From: Eledone cirrhosa
Taxonomy: Eukaryota
Direction of reading: 5' to 3'
DNA length: 64,000 nucleotides
Assembly (NCBI GenBank): GCA_964016885.1
Contig: OZ024743.1
Location: forward strand, 118,854,001 to 118,918,000
Part shown: one piece after another, positions 1 through 12,569 of the stretch
Numbering within the stretch: position 1 is the first letter of the stretch
Layout of the letters: every line of letters starts with the position of its first letter
Made by a program: the position numbers and the translations under genes
The notes under the pieces: model-generated
The model's input: only the letters and a program-made list of their open reading frames with translations
The model's database searches: none
Told to the model about the DNA's origin: nothing

Positions 1-1174
1 ACCGTTCCAATAGCTGTAAAAAGGGTATTTGAAGGGATAGACACAGAAATATATATAAGGATTTTGGCTTAAGTTTAATGTATTTTATTACTTCTCTGAG
101 TAGATCATTTATTCATATATCTTATCTCTACATTGAGATGTCTAAGTATTAGAGAGTTAACTTTATATATATGTGTGTGTATATATATATACGTCATTTT
201 TCCTATTTTCTATATATATATAAAGAGAGAAAGAAGGGGGAGAAAAGGCGTATGCGTTTGTGCGCTGTTATAGGAAAAATGGTGTATAGATAGACATGAA
301 ATTTTGTGTGAATAAATACATATATATGTCTATTTGTGTGTGTATGTGTGATAGTAAAAAGGTTCAATTTTGCCTTTCATCCTTACAGGTTCGATAACTG
401 GGTTCGGTTTAATCGACTCTTCTCTTCACTTCAAATTGCAGGCCTTATGCCAAAATTATAAACAATTATTATTACACCCAGTTTACGACTTGCTAAGTGG
501 AGGACAGAGTAACTTGATAACTGTTAAGTAATAATTATTTGATGAAATTCTTTCAATAATCCTGAATTCCCTTTACATCTAACATCGCAGATTATATATT
601 ATTAAACGAATCTAAATTCCACCCCTTTCTCTCTTTCTCAGATCAGACACATTAAGCAACTTAAGCTTAGCTTCAAGGATAAATTCTCTCATTTCACGAC
701 CCCGGCTAAGCGTTTATTAAAAATATTTCAAATACTTAATCCGTTAAATTATATTTAAAAATATCTAAATATAAAAATAAAAGAAATATTTGATTCCAAT
801 TTTACTAAACTTGAATGTTTTAATCATTGAATTTTATTATTATGTATATACCCGGATGTGCCAGTGTTATTAAGAGTTTCCTTTCTCAACTACGAAATAT
901 CTCAGATTAGTGGGCGGAATTTTGTGGAGGTCAGTTATATATATATAACACATAACATTATTCAACTTCATATTTTAGGATAGCTAATGGCTAAACATGC
1001 ATATATACATGTATATATATATATACATATATATACATGCACACATATATATATGTACGTATGGATTCACCGAACATTTATTATAATGCTCGGTGTGTTT
1101 GTAAACAAACATCCCGTATTAAGCCGCAGTGTCTAGCAACCATCGTTGCTCGTTTGTTCAACACTGACAAAGGA

Positions 1175-1217
1175 ACGCTGTACTAGTTTCAAGCTTATTA
1201 GCTATCGTCAGCAACGT
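1175..1217 (-). ncRNA. minimal type I hammerhead ribozyme motif (inverted twin of 1563-1605)
   Basis: Exact reverse complement of 1563-1605. Confidence 0.85.
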
Positions 1218-1562
1218 ATACCTTCCTGCCAGATTGTTGAACGTCTGAAAGTATATACTTACCTTAAGCATAGTAACGGCTGAGTAGCCTAATTTGCATA
1301 TCGAGTGGGTTAATCGGCCAGGTGCACCGAAAACGATAAACGGAAAAAATGAAACGAAATTTCATTTCCCACTCTTAGTACGGCTGTTACTTAAATATAA
1401 GTATGTACACGTATATACATATATGTATACAGACGTACAGTTTATCGTTTTCGGTGCACCAGGCCGATTAACCCACTCGATATGCAAATTGGGCTACTCA
1501 GCCGTTAATATGCATAAGGTAAGTATATACTTTCAGACGTTCAACAATCTGACAGAAGGTAT

Positions 1563-1605
1563 ACGTTGCTGACGATAGCTAATAAGCTTGAAACTAGTAC
1601 AGCGT
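1563..1605 (+). ncRNA. minimal type I hammerhead ribozyme motif (PLE-type)
   Basis: ACGTTG-CTGACGA-TAGCT AATA AGCTT-GAAA-C TA G-TA-CAGCGT: 6-bp stem I, CUGANGA and GAAA cores, 4-bp stem II after a U.U pair, palindromic ACTAGT stem III, GUA cleavage triplet. Confidence 0.85.
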
Positions 1606-1859
1606 TCCTGTGTCAGTGCTGAACAAACGAGCAACGATGGTTGCTAGACACTGCGGCTTAATACGGGTTGTTTGTTTACAAACACACCGAGCATTATAAT
1701 AAATGTTCGGTGAATCCATACGTACATATATATATGTGTGCATGTATGTATATATATATACTACTGTAAGTCTGTATACATATATGTATGTACGTGTACA
1801 TACTTATATATATATATAGGGAACGATCGACTCTCGTCAAATCGGACCGAGGGAACAAT

Positions 1860-2011
1860 GTTTCCGTTGGTCTTTCCAATTGCTAATACTATCTATCGGT
1901 CGCAACTCCAGGTAGAAGGAGCAACGTGAAATATAGTGTCTTTCTCAAGGACATAACGCATCGCCTGGTCCAGGAATACAATTCTCTAACCACTCAGCCA
2001 CACGTCTTCAC
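1860..2011 (-). mobile_element. tRNA-derived SINE fragment (second family)
   Basis: Minus strand begins gtgaagacgtgtggctgagtggttagag (A-box like), followed by gcgttatgtccttgagaaagacact. Related to 35528-35637. Confidence 0.6.
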
Positions 2012-2079
2012 TATATATATATATTATATATATCGGTCTTTTACTACATATCTTAAAATACTTCGTGTTAACTACACTA

Positions 2080-3590
2080 CTCTATTTTCATCACGTCTAG
2101 GCCAGGCTGATTATCATGTTGAAAATGTTCAAATTATCAGAAAAGCGAGCAAAAATCTGTTGCTGCACCAACTTCCTTAACCGATCCCAAAATACATCAT
2201 TCCTAAAATTATAAGGAAAATACACCTACCCAAATGCTTTGATCTAAGTCATTTCATTTCTTCACGTAACGTCATACACCTCTTCGTAAAAAAAAACAAC
2301 TAATCAGTCAACTACATAAAGAATTCAACCAACACAGAGTAGCAATGTCTACTGTACAAGCTAAGCTTCATCGCCATTCCTAACTACACGAAATGATTAG
2401 CGTATGCTATTAAACTGATTTACAGACGAAAAAGAAAATGCTTATACACAAGTTCCAGCGGATTGTAAAAATACATTACAATCGCCATAGTTACTACGGC
2501 ACCAAGAGTAACACATCCAGCGCCAGAGACCAGCGTTCTAACGGAAATTACGACAACCACAATAGAACTACCATTGAAACTACAAACAAACCCCGTGTAA
2601 CCGATGTATCTGACTCACTAACATCCAGAGAATTGGAATTATTAAGGTCAAAGCTACATTGAGAAGATAAAGCTTGGCGTATAGGTCAAATTCTGTAGAA
2701 GGGCAAACCAGTTAAAATAGGTGATAGCTTTAACATCTATTCCTACTTATACCATAGCTGAACCCACTACCACACCAAACATCACCAACAGCACTGCTGT
2801 CTAGACCAGACATGACAAACTAAGGGTCCCCCGACGGCCACATGGGTCACAATGTGTTGTCTGAGGGCCACACACGACAACTAATTGCGCACATTACAAC
2901 ACATTTTTTAAATTTTATATTACGAAGATAAAACATGCTCGCGCTGTAAAAACTTTTGTGCGGACCGCAGGTGTACTTGTAAACAACTACAACTACTACT
3001 ACTACTACCTCTTTCCACGCTAACTTTTGGTATTTCCCCATATTCCACCCAGACAACCAACTCTTACCCAAACCAGGAACTTAACGTTAAACTAGCTACA
3101 CCTAAGAATTTCGTCTCTTAGATCTTACAGAAGCACTCTTCCTCTTCCACAATCTCACTTTTTCTCAGCTCACCACTCTAAGAAAACTATATTTAAAGCA
3201 ATTAATATGAACCCCACCCCCCACCCTTTAGACAAAAGGAGAGCATTCTGAGTCATTGAGCAGAACATTTAAACACAACTAGCGCTAGAACACGTTAACA
3301 ACACAACGCTATGTAATAAGGTTAGCAACAACATCACACCTAGCCAACTAGAGACCACCGATAATACTAGGACTAATATCTAAACTCCGAAGCCTCCTTC
3401 ACCAGAAACAGTAAGCTCCCCAACTTCTACCATCATATCAAAACAAATAAAATAGGATGCAACTTGAATATTAAACCCATTGTTTCTGACATAAATGGTT
3501 CTTTCTATTAAATTTATTGACTTCTCTCCAAAATTCTCAAACCTCTCCTTCACACTTCCCGCGGATACGTGGACAGCTCACAAGAAGTAG
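2080..3590 (+). mobile_element. degenerate Penelope-like element ORF (N-terminal region and start of RT)
   Basis: 2590-2650 reads PRVTDVSDSLTSRELELLR. 3401-3590 reads SKLPNFYHHIKTNKIG..NIKPIVSDINGS...SKILKPLL, matching PLE RT motifs P-x-FY-x-x-x-K-x-HK and RPIVS. Contains stops and frameshifts. Confidence 0.75.
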
Positions 3591-3592
3591 TT

Positions 3593-4330
3593 TTCTTCTT
3601 CTTCTTCTTCTTCTTCTTCTTCTTCTTCTTCTTCTTCTTCTTCTTCTTCTTCTTCTTCTTCTTCTTCGTGGGGGAAGAGTCTTCAGACACTCCTTTCTAT
3701 TGGTCCTGTCAGAAGCATCTGGCTTCAACTGTTCGGGCTTGATTGCCAAGTGAGACCAGCCAAGCTCATGGATGTGATCGAATCATCTTGATCGGGGTCG
3801 ACTCATGGGCCTCGTAAAATCTGTTCAGCGATTCTTTCCTGAGATATTCTAACCACATTCCCATAGTATTGGAGCTGTTATATCTCAATTCGGAGAAGCA
3901 GCGACTCTATCAGGAGTGATGTTACTCCAAAAACCCCTCGGAGGCACCCAATTTCGGCCGCTTGTATTCGCTATCATATTCTTTCGATCATTACCGAAGA
4001 TTCATGACCATAGGTAAGGGTTGGCACGAATACTGAATTGATGATAGCGAGTTTGGCTTTTACACCTACCTCCATTCTTCTGATGACCAAATGCTGAAGC
4101 TGGCGCCTTACTGCACCTGCTCCCGCAATTCTTGCACTTAATTCAGCATCCTGCCTTTCATCATTTGTGAAAACGGTCCCGAAATATTTGAACCTCTCCA
4201 CCTGCTCAGTGGAACTCCGTTCACATATAGAATGCACTGCGCAGGCTGCTTTGTGAGGTCGAGTGTTACAGTTTTCGCAGCACTGGTTTTCATTCCAACA
4301 CTCGGCACGAAGCATGTCGGAGATCACCTT
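3593..4330 (-). mobile_element. RTE-clade LINE 3' fragment with (GAA)n tail
   Basis: ORF 3974-4327 has EQVERFKYFG...KAKLAIINSVFVPTLTYGHES, continuing as IQAAEIGCLRGVFGV. (CTT)n at 3593-3667 is its 3' tail. It interrupts the PLE RT. Confidence 0.88.
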
Positions 4331-4699
4331 CTGTCATTTTTGTTAATGTTTCGCGTTTCTGCGTGCGTTTACGTTTGCGTCTGAGTGTGGATGCGGATGT
4401 GTTTTCGTGCTTATCATTTCTACGTGCGATTTATGAGTGTGTAGGTTTGTATCGCTTGCTGGTTTGCTATTTGTGTCTTTTTTTTTTGGGGGGGGGGGTG
4501 TTAATCTGTCGTCAGTCATTAAGTTGCAGGTCGTTACTATTCTACTAGTGTTTTCTATTCAGGCTAGGATAGTCTTCTGTTATGTGAGTGGCCTCCGTAA
4601 TTTGTCTGCGTGTTGTGTCATTTCTATGTGTGGATAGGATCTTCATTTCTATGTTATCTATTGAGCTCTCATGATTTAGTTTGGCATGTTGGTATAGCA

Positions 4700-5280
4700 C
4701 TGATGAGCTTTATTCCTCCTTAAGTCCTATACAACGGACTGTCCCGCCTATATATGTCGTTGTCTTAATTCTGCATCATCCCTCTCTACATCTTATTCTA
4801 TAGACTACATTTCTAAACTGTTCAGTTTATCTGTGGGCTTATCTTACTGACAATACAGTTTCTATCAGAACAGGGTTTTATTTTCTAAATGGGTACATCC
4901 TATTGATGGTAGCTCCTGGATTTTGTACTACTTAAATCCCAAGGTTCATTTTTTATAAAGCACTTGTAAAACAGTACCCTACTTCGCCTCTAGGGGTAGC
5001 GTCGACGAACATTTCTGGTTATTTTGGAATGCCATACCATGAGTTGGCCATTACCATCTAGTTCTTAGTCCTTTCTATGCTATTCCGTGATTTACTCATT
5101 ATACAGCAGGAAACACCATCCATATCGTTCTCCATAATAGTTTTCAATTTAGCCATGTCTCCTTTGTACAACCTGATCCTGTCTCTTTGGTTATAATCAG
5201 AGAACTGCATGCGGTGGATAAAGTGGTGTATGTGTCTCTTTAACACTTTTGGATAATGTATCCGTGACAAATTGATTAAC
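4700..5280 (-). mobile_element. Penelope-like element remnant: RT thumb, linker and GIY-YIG endonuclease
   Basis: Minus translations give RHIHHFIHRMQFSDY..., MFVDATPRGEV, a Cys linker PCSDRNC, and NVVYRIRC...TTTYIGGT (GIY-YIG signature). Disrupted. Confidence 0.75.
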
Positions 5281-5329
5281 TTTTGAAACATGCAAGAATC
5301 GTAATTCGTCTTCTCGTACTGCATGTAAC

Positions 5330-5398
<69 letters not shown>

Positions 5399-5420
5399 TC
5401 TGTACATACATGCATACATG

Positions 5421-5477
<57 letters not shown>

Positions 5478-5563
5478 TGAGGGAGGGAGAGAGAGTGAGA
5501 GAAAAAAAAAGGTGAAATCGAAAATGCAACTGGAGTCTTATATTTAAAAAAAATAAGACTCCA

Positions 5564-6472
<909 letters not shown>

Positions 6473-6484
6473 CATAATAATAAA

Positions 6485-6702
6485 TAGGAACGCGGTGTAA
6501 GAGTATCATCATTAAGTTTATATAGGTGTTACGTGCGTTTCACTATTGATCAGCTCCAGGTGCGATTTGTATCGTACGGACCCGTCTCTAGAACCAAGAG
6601 CTCATCAGACTCTTGGTTCGTTCAACGAACGAGCTGAACAATAGCGAAACGTGCGTCACACCTGCATAAACTTAATGCTGATCCTCTGACACCTCGTTTC
6701 TA
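6485..6702. repeat. imperfect inverted repeat (~72-bp arms) with truncated hammerhead half
   Basis: 6485-6556 vs 6631-6702. The right arm starts GA-GCT gaacaat AGC-GAAAC gtgc GTC; a CTGATGAG lies on the minus strand in the spacer (6601-6608). Confidence 0.75.
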
Positions 6703-6861
6703 CATATTTATATTGCTCTCTGCTTATGAGGGAAACTAACCATAGTATAACACTAAATGTATGACACAAGGTATTATACTTACACGGAGCCAAGTACGCG
6801 TCGCGTACTAATGTTGGCCAATAACACTACCGTAAGATTACAATACATTAAAGTATACATC

Positions 6862-6921
<60 letters not shown>

Positions 6922-6925
<4 letters not shown>

Positions 6926-7275
6926 TTAGTTCAGCTTGTTGGTATAACACTGATCCCCTTTTTTCCTCCTTAAGTTCTTACCACTGTTACTATAATCCCT
7001 CTTCTACACTACGGGCTTTCTCTCTCCTATGTATGTCGTTGTCTTGTTTCTGCATCATCCCTCTCTACATCTTATCCTATAGAACACCTTTCTAACATCT
7101 TATCCTATAGAACACCTTTCTAACTTTATAGTGAGCAAACACAATCCATATCGTCTCCATAATAGTTTTCAATTTAGCAATGTCCCCTCCGTACAACACG
7201 ATCCTGTCTCTTTGATTATAACCAGATAACTGCATGCAGTGGATGAAGTGCCCGTATGTGTCTCTTTAACACTGT
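6922..7275 (-). mobile_element. second, internally deleted copy of the GIY-YIG PLE remnant
   Basis: 6922-7130 matches 4671-4820 and 7147-7275 matches 5118-5250. Reads YRIRCREG*CRNKTTTYIGE. Confidence 0.7.
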
Positions 7276-7300
7276 TGTATCCTCATTTCTACTTATTATT

Positions 7301-7496
7301 AAGGGCGGTGGATTGGCAGTATCGGTAGAGTGTCGGACGTCATGCTTTGACGCATAGAATTACGGCCCTTTCCATTCTGAGTTCAAATCCCGCCGAGGTC
7401 AACTTTGCCTTTCATCCTTACGGGGTCGATAAAATAAAGTACCACTAATGTACTGGGTAATTGCTGGCCTTGTGCCAAAAGTAGAAACAATTATTA
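7301..7496 (+). mobile_element. tRNA-derived SINE (main family), full length
   Basis: A-box tggcagtatcgg, B-box gagttcaaatccc, core tttgcctttcatccttacggggtcgataaaataaagtacc (Nin/Deu-domain-like from recall), tail ggccttgtgccaaaagtagaaacaattatt. Confidence 0.9.
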
Positions 7497-7807
7497 ACAT
7501 TCGTCTCTGCTTATGAGGGAAACCGACCATAGTATAACACTAAATGTATGACATCATGTACTAAACTTAAACAGAGCCACCTACGTATCGAGTACTCATG
7601 TTGAACCAACACTAACATAATGTTATAAAACATTAAGGTATACATATATATATATACAAATATATATATATCTATATCTCTCTCTATATATATATATATA
7701 TATACATGTATATGTATATATATATACATATATATACATGTATATATATATATATATATATACATGTATATATATCTATACATATATATATATACATGTA
7801 TGTATGT

Positions 7808-7903
<96 letters not shown>

Positions 7904-8582
7904 ATACACACTCACATATGGAAATCGGAAAATAATGCAATTACAGAAATACCTTCTAGATGTAAACATCACGCTATTTTCGTCAAAATTCAGCTGTGAA
8001 ATTTGTTTTCCTATTTTTGTGAACTCTGAAGCACTTACCCAAGTACACATTTACTTAATTCATATATATACTCTGATACTCACATACACACATCGCTCGC
8101 ACTCTTTACTCCTCTCTCTCTCTCTTCCTCTCTCTCTCTCTCTTCCTCTCTCTCTCTCTTTCTCTCTCGCTCTCTCTCTCTCTCTTTCTGTATATATATA
8201 TATAAATAAATAAATAAATATATAAATAGACTAAATAAAGATGGCGTAGACATACAATGCAACGGGAGGAAACAATAGCACCACTGACTATGTTGCAGAT
8301 GTGCAACGAAAGAACTTTGATAGACTATATATATGTGTTTGTGTCTATATTGTATTTGTATTTTTGACCGTTGGTCAGTCTGGCAACATTGAGTACCGAA
8401 TAAATTAAATTAACCGATATAAAAGACAGAAGCGAAAAGCGAAAACCAACCAAACAGTGAGTGTGTTCTGTTATTAATTCTGGCAATATTACACAAATAT
8501 GACCCCCCCCCCCCAAGTATAACAATATTTGTTTCGTCACACGATTTCATATCAAACACCTCGCAAAACTAATTCATCGCCG

Positions 8583-8633
<51 letters not shown>

Positions 8634-8695
8634 TAGATATATATAGATATAGATATATATAGTTAAAAGAATAGAGGTGTAACACACAAGTTATT

Positions 8696-9080
8696 ATATA
8701 TTGGTAAACGGAATAGAAAATGCTGACAAATTGTTCACAGTGAAAAACAGTTTAATTAGGAATAAATGAGAATTAGTAAATGTATTGGTTAGTATTCAGT
8801 TTTGATTTTAAGTTTTACCGGTTGCGCATTTCTAAATGCTTTTCAAAAAATTATTTTGAGATAGAGCGTCCGTGATGTTTGCTCTGATCAGAGCAAACAT
8901 CACGGACGCTCTATCTCAAAATAATTTTTTGAAAAGCATTTAGAAATGCGCAACCGGTAAAACTTAAAATCAAAACTGAATACTAACCAATACATTTACT
9001 AATTCTCATTTATTCCTAATTAAACTGTTTTTCACTGTGAACAATTTGTCAGCATTTTCTATTTCGTTTACCAATATATA
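8696..9080. repeat. near-perfect spacerless palindrome (~190-bp arms)
   Basis: Centred on ...gctctga|tcagagc (8887/8888). Only one mismatch seen (aaacggaatag vs aaacgaaatag). (TA)n on both sides. Confidence 0.95.
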
Positions 9081-9089
9081 TATATATAG

Positions 9090-9170
<81 letters not shown>

Positions 9171-9410
9171 TCACAGTAAAACACAAAACCTCAAGCACAC
9201 GCCAACATACAGACATACAAACATACACACATACACATGCATATGTTTATATATAATATAGGATATATATATATACAATCCACAATGCTTATATATAGAC
9301 TTTGTGTGTGTGTGTGTGTGTGTGTGTTTAAGCGATGTGGTGTGTGACGGAAATAGTGATACATACAGACAATGCATATTGGAAACGTTTAAGAAGAAAA
9401 GCTATATAAA

Positions 9411-9997
9411 TAATTGTTTCTACTTTTGGCACAAGGCCAGCAATTACCCAGTACATTACTGGTACTTCATTTTATCAACCCCGTAAGGATGAAAGGTAAA
9501 GTTAACCTCGGCAGAATTTGAACTCAGTCTATAAAGGGACTTAACTATGCTGGAAAGCATGGTGTCCGACTCTCGACCGATACTGCCAATCCACCGCCGT
9601 GAAAAGCTATGGTTTCAGATTTAGGCACAAGGCCAACAATTTTTGGGGTGGGGAAAGTCAATTAAATCGATCACAGTGCATTACTGGTGCTTTATGTTAT
9701 CGACCCCGTAAGGATGAAAGGGAAACTAACCTCAGCGGAATTTGAACTCAGAACGTATAGTGCCGTAATTCCATGCTGTGAAGCATGTTCGATATAAATA
9801 ATTATTTCTTGTATAGGCACAAGGCCAGTAATTTGGTGGGGAGGGGAAAGTCGGTTAAATCGACCTCTGTACGTTACTGGTGATTTATTTTATCAACCCC
9901 GTAAGGATGAAAGGCAAAGTTAACCTCGGCGGGATTTGAACTCAGATCATAAAGGGCTGTAACTCTATGCTGCAAACATGGCGTCCGACATGTTCGA
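9411..9997 (-). mobile_element. three head-to-tail copies of the main SINE
   Basis: Copies at ~9411-9598, 9611-9790 and 9798-9997, each with ccccgtaaggatgaaagg and gatttgaactcag-type motifs. Confidence 0.9.
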
Positions 9998-10139
9998 TAT
10001 AAATAATGAACAAAATTAACCTGAAATTCTGTGCGCTGAAGCAATAACAAAAAATATGAGAAAAACACATTCAACAAGGTAAGTGAATTAGAGCAATAGC
10101 TACAGCGAAAGTATAACAACAACAATGACAAATATAACG

Positions 10140-10615
10140 CCCACTGCCATATCGTTATAGTGCTGGCCTCTTCCCACGTCTTGCTGCTCTCAACGAGATC
10201 ATAAAACATGGCCTAGATGACGCAGGCTTCCCTTCCCAGCTCGAGCGTGCGATATTGGAACGAGGGAAAGGTAAATGGCCAGACAACCTGACAATTTTCT
10301 GGCTCTGCGGGGGTAGGATCCTTAGCTGGGATGCTACATGTTGTGATACCTTCTCTAGCGGCAACCAGCCAAGATTCGCTGCTCGCAGGCCGAAGAGGGC
10401 AAACTGTAAAATAATTTGCAGCTCTCTGATAGGTTTGTGGTCAAGCCTGTGGCAGTGGAGACTTCCGGCGTTCTTTGCCCCCGGACCTCATCCTTTCTCA
10501 CTGCTATCTGAACGGAGTTACCTTTCCACAGGTGTGAGGCCCGCTAGGTGTAGAACTATTCCAGCGCGCCTGCCGGGGCAATATCTGTTCCATCCTGTCG
10601 GCTGGGGCTACGAGA
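10140..10615 (+). mobile_element. CRE-like non-LTR retrotransposon 3' remnant (restriction-like endonuclease region)
   Basis: Reads RYSAGLFPRLAALNEIIKHGLDDAGFPSQLE...GKWPDNLTIF...LSWDATCCDTF, then frameshifted PVAVETSGV...RGNICSIL. Matches the RH-x-x-LN / RPD / WD-x-T / E-T-x-G / RGN pattern with decay. Confidence 0.8.
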
Positions 10616-10712
10616 CAAACGACACATTAGGGAAAGAGGAATGTGTCAGTCTTCAGATGAAAGGTTTAATAATGCTGACAAAAACATACACACACACACA
10701 TAGACACACGCA

Positions 10713-10850
<138 letters not shown>

Positions 10851-11499
10851 GGTTTGTTCCTTTTGTAAAGAATATGCCGAATTTTGTCCTTTCCGTTTAA
10901 TGAAACGTCAAACATTTTATTTTCTTAAAGTGCTTGTTCCACACGTCCGTATTTAAGAAAACAAACGTCTTGTATTTCAGCTTTTGAGATACAGGATAAG
11001 TATGTAATTAAATTATTCCCAATATAAGCATTAATATTATGTAAGTTAATATGTCGTTGACTCTACCATTTTTATGGGTTCAAAAATGTATATGCGTAAT
11101 CCTCCGTGAACGATAGAAAGCTTACATGGTGACCCAGAATACCTCCCTTTTTGCGTCCAACATAAAATATAGATACGTAAAATACTCACATATTTATATT
11201 TGTCAGTGTGATATTTACATTTTACATAGCTTCGGTGTACATTTTTCTGTACGAATATGTTTATCGAAAGAAAGAACGAACAAGTGAAATAAGAAATAAT
11301 TTCAGAAACAACTTGCTTCATCAAAACCACGCACTAGGAGCCTACAAAACAAAACCTTGGTATTTAATGACTTAAACAACGTCTACTAAAAGTCATTCCG
11401 GAACTAAACCGAAGTTTTTCCTAATATTGTTATGATATACTTAGAAACTATTAATTTTAGCATTCAATATAAACCATAAGCTAAAAGACGAGAATAAAA

Positions 11500-12520
11500 G
11501 CAAGACAATGCCAACCAGACTGGCCATGCCAGACCGGCTCATCCGGCTCTGCGAAGAAAGCGCTGTCCACCTAATCTAACGAAACTGGCTAAGACAGTTC
11601 AGACATCCCAGTTCACGAAGGCCATACCAGCCACTGCAGCCAGGCCAGTTCAGCCCATCTGAGTAGACCACTGCAAGTCACTCATTCACGGTCGGCTGAG
11701 CCTGATCGGCACGACAGCTCAGCGAAGCCGAACTAAACAAGCCAATCGAGCCAGTCCAGCTCAGCGCCGCAACATAGGCTATAATCTATCTCGAACAGTG
11801 CAGATCGGTTATCCGTCGAACTAGCCTAATGAGACCATGTCATTTCGGTCAAACTCCCTTACTCGAAGAGGCCACCATGTGAAATCAATACAGTCCAGCC
11901 AGTTTGGAGCAGCCAGCCAAAACAGGCCAGCTTAGTCAATCTAACCCGATCATTTTAAGTCATTCCATTCAAGCCCAACCAGAACAGCCAGTCCAGCTCA
12001 ACTAATTTAACATGTCCATACAAACTCCAGGTATCCGTGAAAAGCCAGTGACGTCACGCTAACTAACACTAGCCTGATCAGGCATAGTCAATCCAGCTAG
12101 CCTTATAAATCCATCACAACCAAACTCATTGATCCTAACCAACTAAGCCTAGCCGGCACCTGCAAATTTCCCAGGTATCCCAGGCCAGCCGTGCCATGTA
12201 AGCTGTCCAGTTCTTTCCAGGCCGCCAGTCATGGTGGCTAACAAACAACGTAGCATAGCAGGCTACGTTGGCACCGCTAGTGCAGTTCAACAGCCAGGAT
12301 ATAAATTCCAGATCAGCCCAACCTGATCAGCCAGGCTAGTTAACCCCAGCCAGCTCGGCTTGGCTATATCGGCCCAGGAAACGAGGCCATCTGAATCAGC
12401 AAACCTCAGCCTGCCACCCTGCCTGATCCCAGGCCATCTATCATGGATTTAACCAGCTCGACCATCTAGTTTAACACAGCCAGTTCATTCAGATTAAGTC
12501 ATCCTAGCTGTCACATTCCC
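11500..12520. repeat. cryptic CCAG/CAGC-rich degenerate repeat
   Basis: GC-elevated, strand-skewed ~1 kb with recurrent ccagtccagc/ccagttcagc/cagccagg words. No long ORF. Confidence 0.55.
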
Positions 12521-12569
12521 ATCAACATGCAAATTAAAATCTTGAAAACAAATGTCACGTTGGATAATG

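Larger units (their letters stand above)
1031..1746. repeat. long inverted repeat (~310-bp arms, ~98-bp spacer), PLE pseudo-LTR pair
   Basis: 1031-1341 is the near-perfect reverse complement of 1440-1746. Each arm carries a hammerhead; both ends abut TA-rich microsatellite. Confidence 0.92.
6715..7645. repeat. direct repeat pair (~140 bp)
   Basis: 6715-6860 and 7505-7645 both start ctctgcttatgagggaaac..accatagtataacactaaatgtatgaca. Confidence 0.8.

Noticed and set aside
2822-2975. hAT/Charlie-like MITE fragment inside the PLE ORF
   Set aside because: Only vague gggccac/gcggaccgcag words; no clear TIR pair or TSD.
4700-4720. CTGATGA core hits here and at 4080, 15873, 16493, 22808 and 37792 as hammerheads
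   Set aside because: No stem II plus GAAA follows.
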